Of a stretch of 64,000 nt of DNA, positions 29,301-42,500 are shown in pieces; the first letter of the stretch is position 1; each line of letters opens with the position of its first letter. The notes beneath the pieces are model-generated. The model was not told where the DNA came from. It searched no databases and saw nothing but the letters and a program-made list of their open reading frames with translations. A program made the translations under genes and the position numbers. Origin of the DNA: Eledone cirrhosa (taxonomy: Eukaryota); the NCBI GenBank assembly GCA_964016885.1, contig OZ024742.1, positions 292,826,001-292,890,000 on the forward strand, in the 5' to 3' direction.

Positions 29301-32300
29301 TTAATAGATATATCTAGTCATAAACACAACTATATTAGTGAGTCAAGGTGATAGCTTAATAGATATATCTGGTCATAAACACAACTATACTGTGACAAGG
29401 TGATAGCTTAATAGATATATCTAGTCATAAACACAACTATATTACTGAGTCAAGGTGATAGCTTAATAGATATATCTAGTCATAAACACAACTATATTAC
29501 TGAGTCAAGGTGTTAGCTTAATAGATATATCTAGTCATAAACACAACTATACTGAGTCAAGGTGATAGCTTAATAGATATATCTAGTCATAAACACAACT
29601 ATATTACTGAGTCATGGAGGTAGCTTAATAGATATATCTAGTCATAAACACAACTATATTACTGAGTCAAGGTGATAGCTTAATAGATATATCTAGTCAT
29701 AAACACAACCATATTACTGAGTCAAGGTGATAGCTTAATAGATATATCTAGTCATAAACACAACTATACTGAGTCAAGGTGATAGCTTAATAGATATATC
29801 TAGTCATAAACACAACTATATTACTGAGTCAAGGTGATAGCTTAATAGATATATCTAGTCATAAACACAACTATATTACTGAGTCAAGGTGATAGCTTAA
29901 TAGATATATCTAGTCATAAACCAACTATATTACTGAGTCAAAGTGATAGCTTAATAGATATATCTAGTCATAAACACAACTATATTAGTGAGTCAAGGTG
30001 ATAGCTTAATAGATATATCTGGTCATAAACACAACTATACCGTGTCAAGGTGATAGCTTAATATATATATCTGGTCATAAACACTACTATGTTACTGAGT
30101 CAAGGTGATAGCTTAATAGATATATCTGGTCATAAACACAACTATACTGTGTCAAGGTGATAGCTTAATAGATATATCTGGTCATAAACACAACTATATT
30201 ACTGAGTCAAAGTGATAGCTTAATAGATATATCTAGTCATAAACCAACTATATTACTGAGTCAAGGTGATAGCTTAATAGAAATATCTAGTCATAAACAC
30301 ATCTATATTACTGAGTCAAGGTGATAGCTTAATAGATATATCTAGTCATAAACACAACTATATTACTGAGTCAAGGTGATAGCTTAATAGATATATCTAG
30401 TCATAAACACAACTATATTACTGAGTCAAGGTGATAGCTTAATAGATGTATCTGGTCATAAACACAACTATACTGAGTCAAGGTGATAGCTTAGTTGATG
30501 TATCTGGTCATAAACACAACTATACTGAGTCAAGGTGATAGCTTAATAGATATATCTCGTCATAAACGCAACTATACTAAGTCAAGGTGATAGCTTAATA
30601 GATATATCTGGTCATAAACACAACTATACTGAGTCAAGGTGATAGCTTAATAGATATATCTGGTCATAAACACAACTATACCGTGTCAAGGTGATAGCTT
30701 AATAGATATATCTAGTCATAAACACAACTATATTACTGAGTCAAGGTGATAGCTTAATAGATATATCTAGTCATAACCAACTATATTTCTGAGTCAAGGT
30801 GATAGCTTAATAGATATATCTAGTCATAAACACAACTATATTAGTGAGTCAAGGTGATAGCTTAATATATATATCTAGTCATCAACACAACTATATTACT
30901 GAGTCAAGGTGATAGCTTAATAGATATATCTAGTCATAAACAGAACCATATTACTGAGTCAATGTGATAGCTTAATAGATATATCTAGTCATAAACACAA
31001 CTATACTGAGTCAAGGTGATAGCTTAATAGATATATCTAGTCATAAACACAACTATATTACTGAGTCAAGGTGATAGCTTAATAGATATATCTAGTCATA
31101 AACACAACTATATTACTGAATCAAGGTGATAGCTTAATAAATATATCTAGTCATAAACCAACTATATTACTGAGTCAAGGTGATAGCTTAATAGATATAT
31201 CTAGTCATAAACACATCTATATTAGTGAGTCAAGGTGATAGCTTAATAGATATATCTAGTCATCAACACAACTATATTACTGAGTCAAGGTGATAGCTTA
31301 ATATATATATCTAGTCATCAACACAACTATATTACTGAGTCAAGGTGATAGCTTAATAGATATATCTAGTCATAAACACAACTATATTACTGAGTCAAGG
31401 TGATAGCTTAATAGATATATCTGGTCATAAACACAACTATACTGAGTCAAGGTGATAGCTTAATAGATATATCTAGTCATAAACACAACTATATTACTGA
31501 GTCAAGGTGATAGCTTAATAGATATATCTGGTCATAAACACAACTATACTGTGTCAAGGTGATAGCTTAATAGATATATCTAGTCATAAACACAACTATA
31601 TTACTGAGTCAAGGTGATAGCTTAATAGAGATATCTAGTCATAACCAACTATATTTCTGAGTCAAGGTGATAGCTTAATAGATATATCTAGTCATAAACA
31701 CAACTATATTAGTGAGTCAAGGTGATAGCTTAATAGATATATCTAGTCATCAACACAACTATATTACTGAGTCAAGGTGATAGCTTAATAGATATATCTA
31801 GTCATCAACACAACTATATTACTGAGTCAAGGTGATAGCTTAATAGATATATCTAGTCATAAACACAACTATATTACTGAGTCAAGGTGTTAGCTTAATA
31901 GATATATCTAGTCATAAACACAACTATACTGAGTCAAGGTGATAGCTTAATAGATATATCTAGTCATAAACACAACTATATTACTGAGTCATGGAGGTAG
32001 CTTAATAGATATATCTAGTCATAAACACAACTATATTACTGAGTCAAGGTGATAGCTTAATAGATATATCTAGTCATAAACACAACCATATTACTGAGTC
32101 AAGGTGATAGCTTAATAGATATATCTAGTCATAAACACAACTATACTGAGTCAAGGTGATAGCTTAATAGATATATCTAGTCATAAACACAACTATATTA
32201 CTGAGTCAAGGTGATAGCTTAATAGATATATCTAGTCATAAACACAACTATATTACTGAGTCAAGGTGATAGCTTAATAGATATATCTAGTCATAAACCA

Positions 32301-34250
32301 ACTATATTACTGAGTCAAAGTGATAGCTTAATAGATATATCTAGTCATAAACACAACTATATTAGTGAGTCAAGGTGATAGCTTAATAGATATATCTGGT
32401 CATAAACACAACTATACCGTGTCAAGGTGATAGCTTAATATATATATCTGGTCATAAACACTACTATGTTACTGAGTCAAGGTGATAGCTTAATAGATAT
32501 ATCTGGTCATAAACACAACTATACTGTGTCAAGGTGATAGCTTAATAGATATATCTGGTCATAAACACAACTATATTACTGAGTCAAAGTGATAGCTTAA
32601 TAGATATATCTAGTCATAAACCAACTATATTACTGAGTCAAGGTGATAGCTTAATAGAAATATCTAGTCATAAACACATCTATATTACTGAGTCAAGGTG
32701 ATAGCTTAATAGATATATCTAGTCATAAACACAACTATATTACTGAGTCAAGGTGATAGCTTAATAGATATATCTAGTCATAAACACAACTATATTACTG
32801 AGTCAAGGTGATAGCTTAATAGATGTATCTGGTCATAAACACAACTATACTGAGTCAAGGTGATAGCTTAGTTGATGTATCTGGTCATAAACACAACTAT
32901 ACTGAGTCAAGGTGATAGCTTAATAGATATATCTCGTCATAAACGCAACTATACTAAGTCAAGGTGATAGCTTAATAGATATATCTGGTCATAAACACAA
33001 CTATACTGAGTCAAGGTGATAGCTTAATAGATATATCTGGTCATAAACACAACTATACCGTGTCAAGGTGATAGCTTAATAGATATATCTAGTCATAAAC
33101 ACAACTATATTACTGAGTCAAGGTGATAGCTTAATAGATATATCTAGTCATAACCAACTATATTTCTGAGTCAAGGTGATAGCTTAATAGATATATCTAG
33201 TCATAAACACAACTATATTAGTGAGTCAAGGTGATAGCTTAATATATATATCTAGTCATCAACACAACTATATTACTGAGTCAAGGTGATAGCTTAATAG
33301 ATATATCTAGTCATAAACAGAACCATATTACTGAGTCAATGTGATAGCTTAATAGATATATCTAGTCATAAACACAACTATACTGAGTCAAGGTGATAGC
33401 TTAATAGATATATCTAGTCATAAACACAACTATATTACTGAGTCAAGGTGATAGCTTAATAGATATATCTAGTCATAAACACAACTATATTACTGAATCA
33501 AGGTGATAGCTTAATAAATATATCTAGTCATAAACCAACTATATTACTGAGTCAAGGTGATAGCTTAATAGATATATCTAGTCATAAACACATCTATATT
33601 AGTGAGTCAAGGTGATAGCTTAATAGATATATCTAGTCATCAACACAACTATATTACTGAATCAAGGTGATAGCTTAATATATATATCTAGTCATCAACA
33701 CAACTATATTACTGAGTCAAGGTGATAGCTTAATAGATATATCTAGTCATAAACACAACTATATTACTGAGTCAAGGTGATAGCTTAATAGATATATCTG
33801 GTCATAAACACAACTATACTGAGTCAAGGTGATAGCTTAATAGATATATCTAGTCATAAACACAACTATATTACTGAGTCAAGGTGATAGCTTAATAGAT
33901 ATATCTGGTCATAAACACAACTATACTGTGTCAAGGTGATAGCTTAATAGATATATCTAGTCATAAACACAACTATATTACTGAGTCAAGGTGATAGCTT
34001 AATAGATATATCTAGTCATAACCAACTATATTTCTGAGTCAAGGTGATAGCTTAATAGATATATCTAGTCATAAACACAACTATATTAGTGAGTCAAGGT
34101 GATAGCTTAATAGATATATCTAGTCATCAACACAACTATATTACTGAGTCAAGGTGATAGCTTAATAGATATATCTAGTCATCAACACAACTATATTACT
34201 GAGTCAAGGTGATAGCTTAATAGATATATCTAGTCATAAACACAACTATA
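26350..34250. repeat. Three related copies of a block at offsets 3027 and 2377 bp
   Basis: The CTCGTCATAAACGCAAC marker G lies at 27541, 30568 and 32945. GAGATATCTA occurs at 28601/31628. Confidence 0.8.
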
Positions 34251-34979
34251 TTACTGAGTCAAGGTGATAGCTTAATATATATATCTGGTCATAAACACAA
34301 CTATACTGTGTCAAGGTGATAGCTTAATAGATATATCTGGTCATAAACACAACTATGTTACTGAGTCAAGGTGATAGCTTAATAGATATATCTGGTCGTA
34401 AACACAACTATATTACTGAGTCAAGGTGATAGCTTAATAGATATATCTAGTCATAAACACAACTATATTACTGAGTCAAGGTGATAGCTTAATAGATATA
34501 TCTAGTCATAAACACAACTATATTACTGAGTCAATGTGATAGCTTAATAGATATATCTGGTCATAAACACAACTATACTGTGTCAAGGTGATAGCTTAAT
34601 AGATATATCTGGTCATAAACACAACTATATTACTGAGTCAAGGTGATAGCTTAATAGATACATCTAGTCATAAACACAACTCTATTACTAAGTCAAGGTG
34701 ATAGCTTAATAGATATATCTGGTCATAAACACAACTATACTGTGTCAAGGTGATAGCTTAATAGATATATATAGTCATAAACACAACTATATAACTGAGT
34801 CAAGGTGATAGCTTAATAGATATATCTAGTCATAAACACAACTATACTGAGTCAAGGTGATAGCTTAATAGATATATCTGGTCATAAACACAACTATACC
34901 GAGTCAAGGTGATAGCTTAATAGATATATCTGGTCATAAACACAACTATACTGTGTCAAGGTGATAGCTTAATAGATAT

Positions 34980-37950
34980 ATCTAGTCATAAACACAACTA
35001 TATTACTGAGTCAAGGTGATAGCTTAATAGATATATCTAGTCATAAACACAACTATATTACTGAGTCAAGGTGTTAGCTTAATAGATATATCTAGTCATA
35101 AACACAACTATACTGAGTCAAGGTGATAGCTTAATAGATATATCTAGTCATAAACACAACTATATTACTGAGTCAAGGTGATAGCTTAATAGATATATCT
35201 AGTCATAAACATAACTATATTACTGAGTCAAGGTGATAGCTTAATAGATGTATCTGGTCATAAGCACAACTATACTGAGTCAAGGTGATAGCTTAATAGA
35301 TGTATCTGGTCATAAACACAACTATACTGAGTCAAGGTGATAGCTTAATAGATATATCTAGTCATAAACACAACTATACTAAGTCAAGGTGATAGCTTAA
35401 TAGATATATCTGGTCATAAACACAACTATACTGTGTCAAGGTGATAGCTTAATAGATATATCTAGTCATAAACACAACTATATTACTGAGTCTAGGTGAT
35501 AGCTTAATAGATATATCTAGTCATAAACACAACCATATTACTGAGTCAAGGTGATAGCTTAATAGATATATCTAGTCATAAACACAACTATACTGAGTCA
35601 AGGTGATAGCTTAATAGATATATCTAGTCATAAACACAACTATATTACTGAGTCAAGGTGATAGCTTAATAGATATATCTAGTCATAAACACAACTATAT
35701 TACTGAATCAAGGTGATAGCTTAATAAATATATCTAGTCATAAACACAACTATATTACTGAGTCAAGGTGATAGCTTAATAGATGTATCTGGTCATAAAC
35801 ACAACTATACTGAGTCAAGGTGATAGCTTAATTGATGTATCTGGTCATAAACACAACTATACTGAGTCAAGGTGATAGCTTAATAGATATATCTAGTCAT
35901 AAACACAACTATACTAAGTCAAGGTGATAGGTTAATAGATATATCTGGTCATAAACACAACTATACTGAGTCAAGGTGATAGCTTAATAGATATATCTGG
36001 TCATAAACACAACTATACTGTGACAAGGTGATAGCTTAATAGATATATCTAGTCATAAACACAACTATATTACTGAGTCAAGGTGATAGCTTAATAGATA
36101 TATCTAGTCATAAACACAACTATATTACTGAGTCAAGGTGTTAGCTTAATAGATATATCTAGTCATAAACACAACTATACTGAGTCAAGGTGATAGCTTA
36201 ATAGATATATCTAGTCATAAACACAACTATATTACTGAGTCATGGAGGTAGCTTAATAGATATATCTAGTCATAAACACAACTATATTACTGAGTCAAGG
36301 TGATAGCTTAATAGATATATCTAGTCATAAACACAACCATATTACTGAGTCAAGGTGATAGCTTAATAGATATATCTAGTCATAAACACAACTATACTGA
36401 GTCAAGGTGATAGCTTAATAGATATATCTAGTCATAAACACAACTATATTACTGAGTCAAGGTGATAGCTTAATAGATATATCTAGTCATAAACACAACT
36501 ATATTACTGAGTCAAGGTGTTAGCTTAATAGATATATCTAGTCATAAACACAACTATACTGAGTCAAGGTGATAGCTTAATAGATATATCTAGTCATAAA
36601 CACAACTATATTACTGAGTCAAGGTGATAGCTTAATAGATATATCTAGTCATAAACATAACTATATTACTGAGTCAAGGTGATAGCTTAATAGATGTATC
36701 TGGTCATAAGCACAACTATACTGAGTCAAGGTGATAGCTTAATAGATGTATCTGGTCATAAGCACAACTATACTGAGTCAAGGTGATAGCTTAATAGATA
36801 TATCTAGTCATAAACACAACTATACTAAGTCAAGGTGATAGCTTAATAGATATATCTGGTCATAAACACAACTATACTGTGTCAAGGTGATAGCTTAATA
36901 GATATATCTAGTCATAAACACAACTATATTACTGAGTCTAGGTGATAGCTTAATAGATATATCTAGTCATAAACACAACCATATTACTGAGTCAAGGTGA
37001 TAGCTTAATAGATATATCTAGTCATAAACACAACTATACTGAGTCAAGGTGATAGCTTAATAGATATATCTAGTCATAAACACAACTATATTACTGAGTC
37101 AAGGTGATAGCTTAATAGATATATCTAGTCATAAACACAACTATATTACTGAATCAAGGTGATAGCTTAATAAATATATCTAGTCATAAACACAACTATA
37201 TTACTGAGTCAAGGTGATAGCTTAATAGATGTATCTGGTCATAAACACAACTATACTGAGTCAAGGTGATAGCTTAATTGATGTATCTGGTCATAAACAC
37301 AACTATACTGAGTCAAGGTGATAGCTTAATAGATATATCTAGTCATAAACACAACTATACTAAGTCAAGGTGATAGGTTAATAGATATATCTGGTCATAA
37401 ACACAACTATACTGAGTCAAGGTGATAGCTTAATAGATATATCTGGTCATAAACACAACTATACTGTGACAAGGTGATAGCTTAATAGATATATCTAGTC
37501 ATAAACACAACTATATTACTGAGTCAAGGTGATAGCTTAATAGATATATCTAGTCATAAACACAACTATATTACTGAGTCAAGGTGTTAGCTTAATAGAT
37601 ATATCTAGTCATAAACACAACTATACTGAGTCAAGGTGATAGCTTAATAGATATATCTAGTCATAAACACAACTATATTACTGAGTCATGGAGGTAGCTT
37701 AATAGATATATCTAGTCATAAACACAACTATATTACTGAGTCAAGGTGATAGCTTAATAGATATATCTAGTCATAAACACAACCATATTACTGAGTCAAG
37801 GTGATAGCTTAATAGATATATCTAGTCATAAACACAACTATACTGAGTCAAGGTGATAGCTTAATAGATATATCTAGTCATAAACACAACTATATTACTG
37901 AGTCAAGGTGATAGCTTAATAGATATATCTAGTCATAAACACAACTATAT
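34980..37950. repeat. Tandem duplication of a 1446-bp (27-monomer) unit
   Basis: TCTAGGTGAT at 35491/36937 and TGATAGGTTA at 35925/37371. Confidence 0.85.
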
Positions 37951-39599
37951 TACTGAGTCAAGTGATAGCTTAATAGATATATCTAGTCATCAACACAACT
38001 ATATTACTGAGTCAAGGTGATAGCTTAATAGATATATCTAGTCATAAACACAACTATATTACTGAGTCAAGGTGATAGCTTAATAGATATATCTGGTCAT
38101 AAACACAACTATACCGTGTCAAGGTGATAGCTTAATATATATATCTGGTCATAAACACTACTATGTTACTGAGTCAAGGTGATAGCTTAATAGATATATC
38201 TGGTCATAAACACAACTATACTGTGTCAAGGTGATAGCTTAATAGATATATCTGGTCATAAACACAACTATATTACTGAGTCAAAGTGATAGCTTAATAG
38301 ATATATCTAGTCATAAACCAACTATATTACTGAGTCAAGGTGATAGCTTAATAGATATATCTAGTCATAAACACATCTATATTACTGAGTCAAGGTGATA
38401 GCTTAATAGATATATCTAGTCATAAACACAACTATATTACTGAGTCAAGGTGATAGCTTAATAGATATATCTAGTCATAAACACAACTATATTACTGAGT
38501 CAAGGTGATAGCTTAATAGATGTATCTGGTCATAAACACAACTATACTGAGTCAAGGTGATAGCTTAATTGATGTATCTGGTCATAAACACAACTATACT
38601 GAGTCAAGGTGATAGCTTAATAGATATATCTCGTCATAAACGCAACTATACTAAGTCAAGGTGATAGCTTAATAGATATATCTGGTCATAAACACAACTA
38701 TACTGAGTCAAGGTGATAGCTTAATAGATATATCTGGTCATAAACACAACTATACTGTGACAAGGTGATAGCTTAATAGATATATCTAGTCATAAACACA
38801 ACTATATTACTGAGTCAAGGTGATAGCTTAATAGATATATCTAGTCATAAACACAACTATATTACTGAGTCAAGGTGTTAGCTTAATAGATATATCTAGT
38901 CATAAACACAACTATACTGAGTCAAGGTGATAGCTTAATAGATATATCTAGTCATAAACACAACTATATTACTGAGTCATGGAGATAGCTTAATAGATAT
39001 ATCTAGTCATAAACACAACTATATTACTGAGTCAAGGTGATAGCTTAATAGATATATCTAGTCATAAACACAACCATATTACTGAGTCAAGGTGATAGCT
39101 TAATAGATATATCTAGTCATAAACACAACTATACTGAGTCAAGGTGATAGCTTAATAGATATATCTAGTCATAAACACAACTATATTACTGAGTCAAGGT
39201 GATAGCTTAATAGATATATCTAGTCATAAACACAACTATATTACTGAATCAAGGTGATAGCTTAATAAATATATCTAGTTATAAACCAACTATATTACTG
39301 AGTCAAGGTGATAGCTTAATAGATATATCTAGTCATAAACACATCTATATTAGTGAGTCAAGGTGATAGCTTAATAGATATATCTAGTCATCAACACAAC
39401 TATATTACTGAGTCAAGGTGATAGCTTAATATATATATCTAGTCATCAACACAACTGTATTACTGAGTCAAGGTGATAGCTTAATAGATATATCTAGTTA
39501 TAAACACAACTATATTACTGAGTCAAGGTGATAGCTTAATAGATATATCTGGTCATAAACACAACTATACTGAGTCAAGGTGATAGCTTAATAGATATA

Positions 39600-42500
39600 T
39601 CTAGTCATAAACACAACTATATTACTGAGTCAAGGTGATAGCTTAATAGATATATCTAGTCATAAACACAACTATACTGAGTCAAGGTGATAGCTTAATA
39701 GATATATCTAGTCATAAACACAACTATATTAGTGAGTCAAGGTGATAGCTTAATAGATATATCTAGTCATCAACACAACTATATTACTGAGTCAAGGTGA
39801 TAGCTTAATAGATATATCTAGTCATCAACACAACTATATTACTGAGTCAAGGTGATAGCTTAATAGATATATCTAGTCATAAACACAACTATATTACTGA
39901 GTGAAGGTGATAGCTTAATATATATATCTGGTCATAAACACAACTATACTGTGACAAGGTGATAGCTTAATAGATATATCTGGTCATAAACACAACTATG
40001 TTACTGAGTCAAGGTGATAGCTTAATAGATATATCTAGTCATAAACACAACTATACTGAGTCAAGGTGATAGCTTAATAGATATATCTAGTCATAAACAC
40101 AACTATATTAGTGAGTCAAGGTGATAGCTTAATAGATATATCTAGTCATAAACCAACTATATTACTGAGTCAAGGTGATAGCTTAATAGATATATCTAGT
40201 CATAAACACAACTATATTACTGAGTCAAGGTGATAGCTTAATAGATATATCTAGTCATAAACACAACTATACTGAGTCAAGGTGATAGCTTAATAGATAT
40301 ATCTAGTCATAAACCCAACTATATTACTGAGTCAAGGTGATAGCTTAATAGATATATCTAGTCATGAAGCAACTATATTACTGTGTCAAGGTGATAGCTT
40401 AATAGATATATCTAGTCATAAACACAACTATATTACTGAGTCAATGTGATAGCTTAATAGATATATCTGGTCATAAACACAACTATACTGTGTCAAGGTG
40501 ATAGCTTAATAGATATATCTCGTCATAAACACAACTATACTGAGTCAAGGTGATAGCTTAATAGATACATCTAGTCATAAACACAACTCTATTACTAAGT
40601 CAAGGTGATAGATTAATAGATATATCTGGTCATAAACACAACTATACTGTGTCAAGGTGATAGCTTAATAGATATATCTCGTCATCAACACAACTATGTT
40701 ACTGAGTCAAGGTGATAGCTTAATATATATATCTAGTCATCAACACAACTATATTACTGAGTCAAGGTGATAGCTTAATAGATATATATGGTCATAAACA
40801 CAACTCTACTGAGTCAAGGTGATAGCTTAATAGATATATATAGTCATAAACACAACTATATAACTGAGTCAAGGTGATAGCTTAATAGATATATCTAGTC
40901 ATAAACACAACTATACTGAGTCAAGGTGATAGCTTAATAGATATATCTTGTCATAAACACAACTATACCGAGTCAAGGTGATAGCTTAATAGATATATCT
41001 GGTAATAAACACAACTATACTGTGTCAAGGTGATAGCTTAATAGATATATCTAGTCATAAACACAACTATATTACTGAGTCAAGGTGATAGCTTAATAGA
41101 TATATCTAGTCATAAACACAACTATATTACTGAGTCAAGGTGTTAGCTTAATAGATATATCTAGTCATAAACACAACTATACTGAGTCAAGGTGATAGCT
41201 TAATAGATATATCTAGTCATAAACACAACTATATTACTGAGTCAAGGTGATAGCTTAATAGATATATCTAGTCATAAACATAACTATATTACTGAGTCAA
41301 GGTGATAGCTTAATAGATGTATCTGGTCATAAACAAAACTATACTGAGTCAAGGTGATAGCTTAATAGATGTATCTGGTCATAAACACTACTATGTTACT
41401 GAGTCAAGGTGATAGCTTCATAGATATATCTGGTCATAAACACAACTATACTGTGTCAAGGTGATAGCTTAATAGATATATCTGGTCATAAACACAACTA
41501 TATTACTGAGTCAAGGTGATAGCTTAATAGATATATCTAGTCTTAAACACAACTATATTACTGAGTCAAGGTGATAGCTTAATAGATATATCTAGTCATA
41601 CACACAACTATACTGAGTCAAGGTGATAGCTTAATAGATATATCTGGTCATAAACACAACTATATTACTGAGTCAAGGTGATAGCTTAATAGATATATAT
41701 GGTCATAAACACAACTCTACTGAGTCAAGGTGATAGCTTAATAGATATATATAGTCATAAACACAACTATATAACTGAGTCAAGGTGATAGCTTAATAGA
41801 TATATCTAGTCATAAACACAACTATACTGAGTCAAGGTGATAGCTTAATAGATATATCTGGTCATAAACACAACTATACCGAGTCAAGGTGATAGCTTAA
41901 TAGATATATCTGGTAATAAACACAACTATACTGTGTCAAGGTGATAGCTTAATAGATATATCTAGTCATAAACACAACTATATTACTGAGTCAAGGTGAT
42001 AGCTTAATAGATATTTCTAGTCATAAACACAACTATATTACTGAGTCAAGGTGTTAGCTTAATAGATATATCTAGTCATAAACACAACTATATTACTGAG
42101 TCAAGGTGATAGCTTAATAGATATATCTAGTCATAAACACAACTATATTACTCAGTCAAGGTGATAGCTTAATAGATATATGTAGTCATAAACACAACTA
42201 TATTACTGAGTCAAAGTGATAGCTTAATAGATATATCTAGTCATAAACACAACTATATTACTGAGTAAAGGTGATAGCTTAATAGATATATCTGGTCATA
42301 AACACAACTATACTGAGTCAAGGTGATAGCTTAATAGAAATATCTAGTCATAAACCAACTATATTACTGAGTCAAGGTGATAGCTTAATAGATATATCTA
42401 GTCATAAACACAACTATATTACTGAGTCAAGGTGATAGCTTAATAGATATATCTAGTCATAAACACAACTATATTACTGAGTCAAGGTGATAGCTTAATA

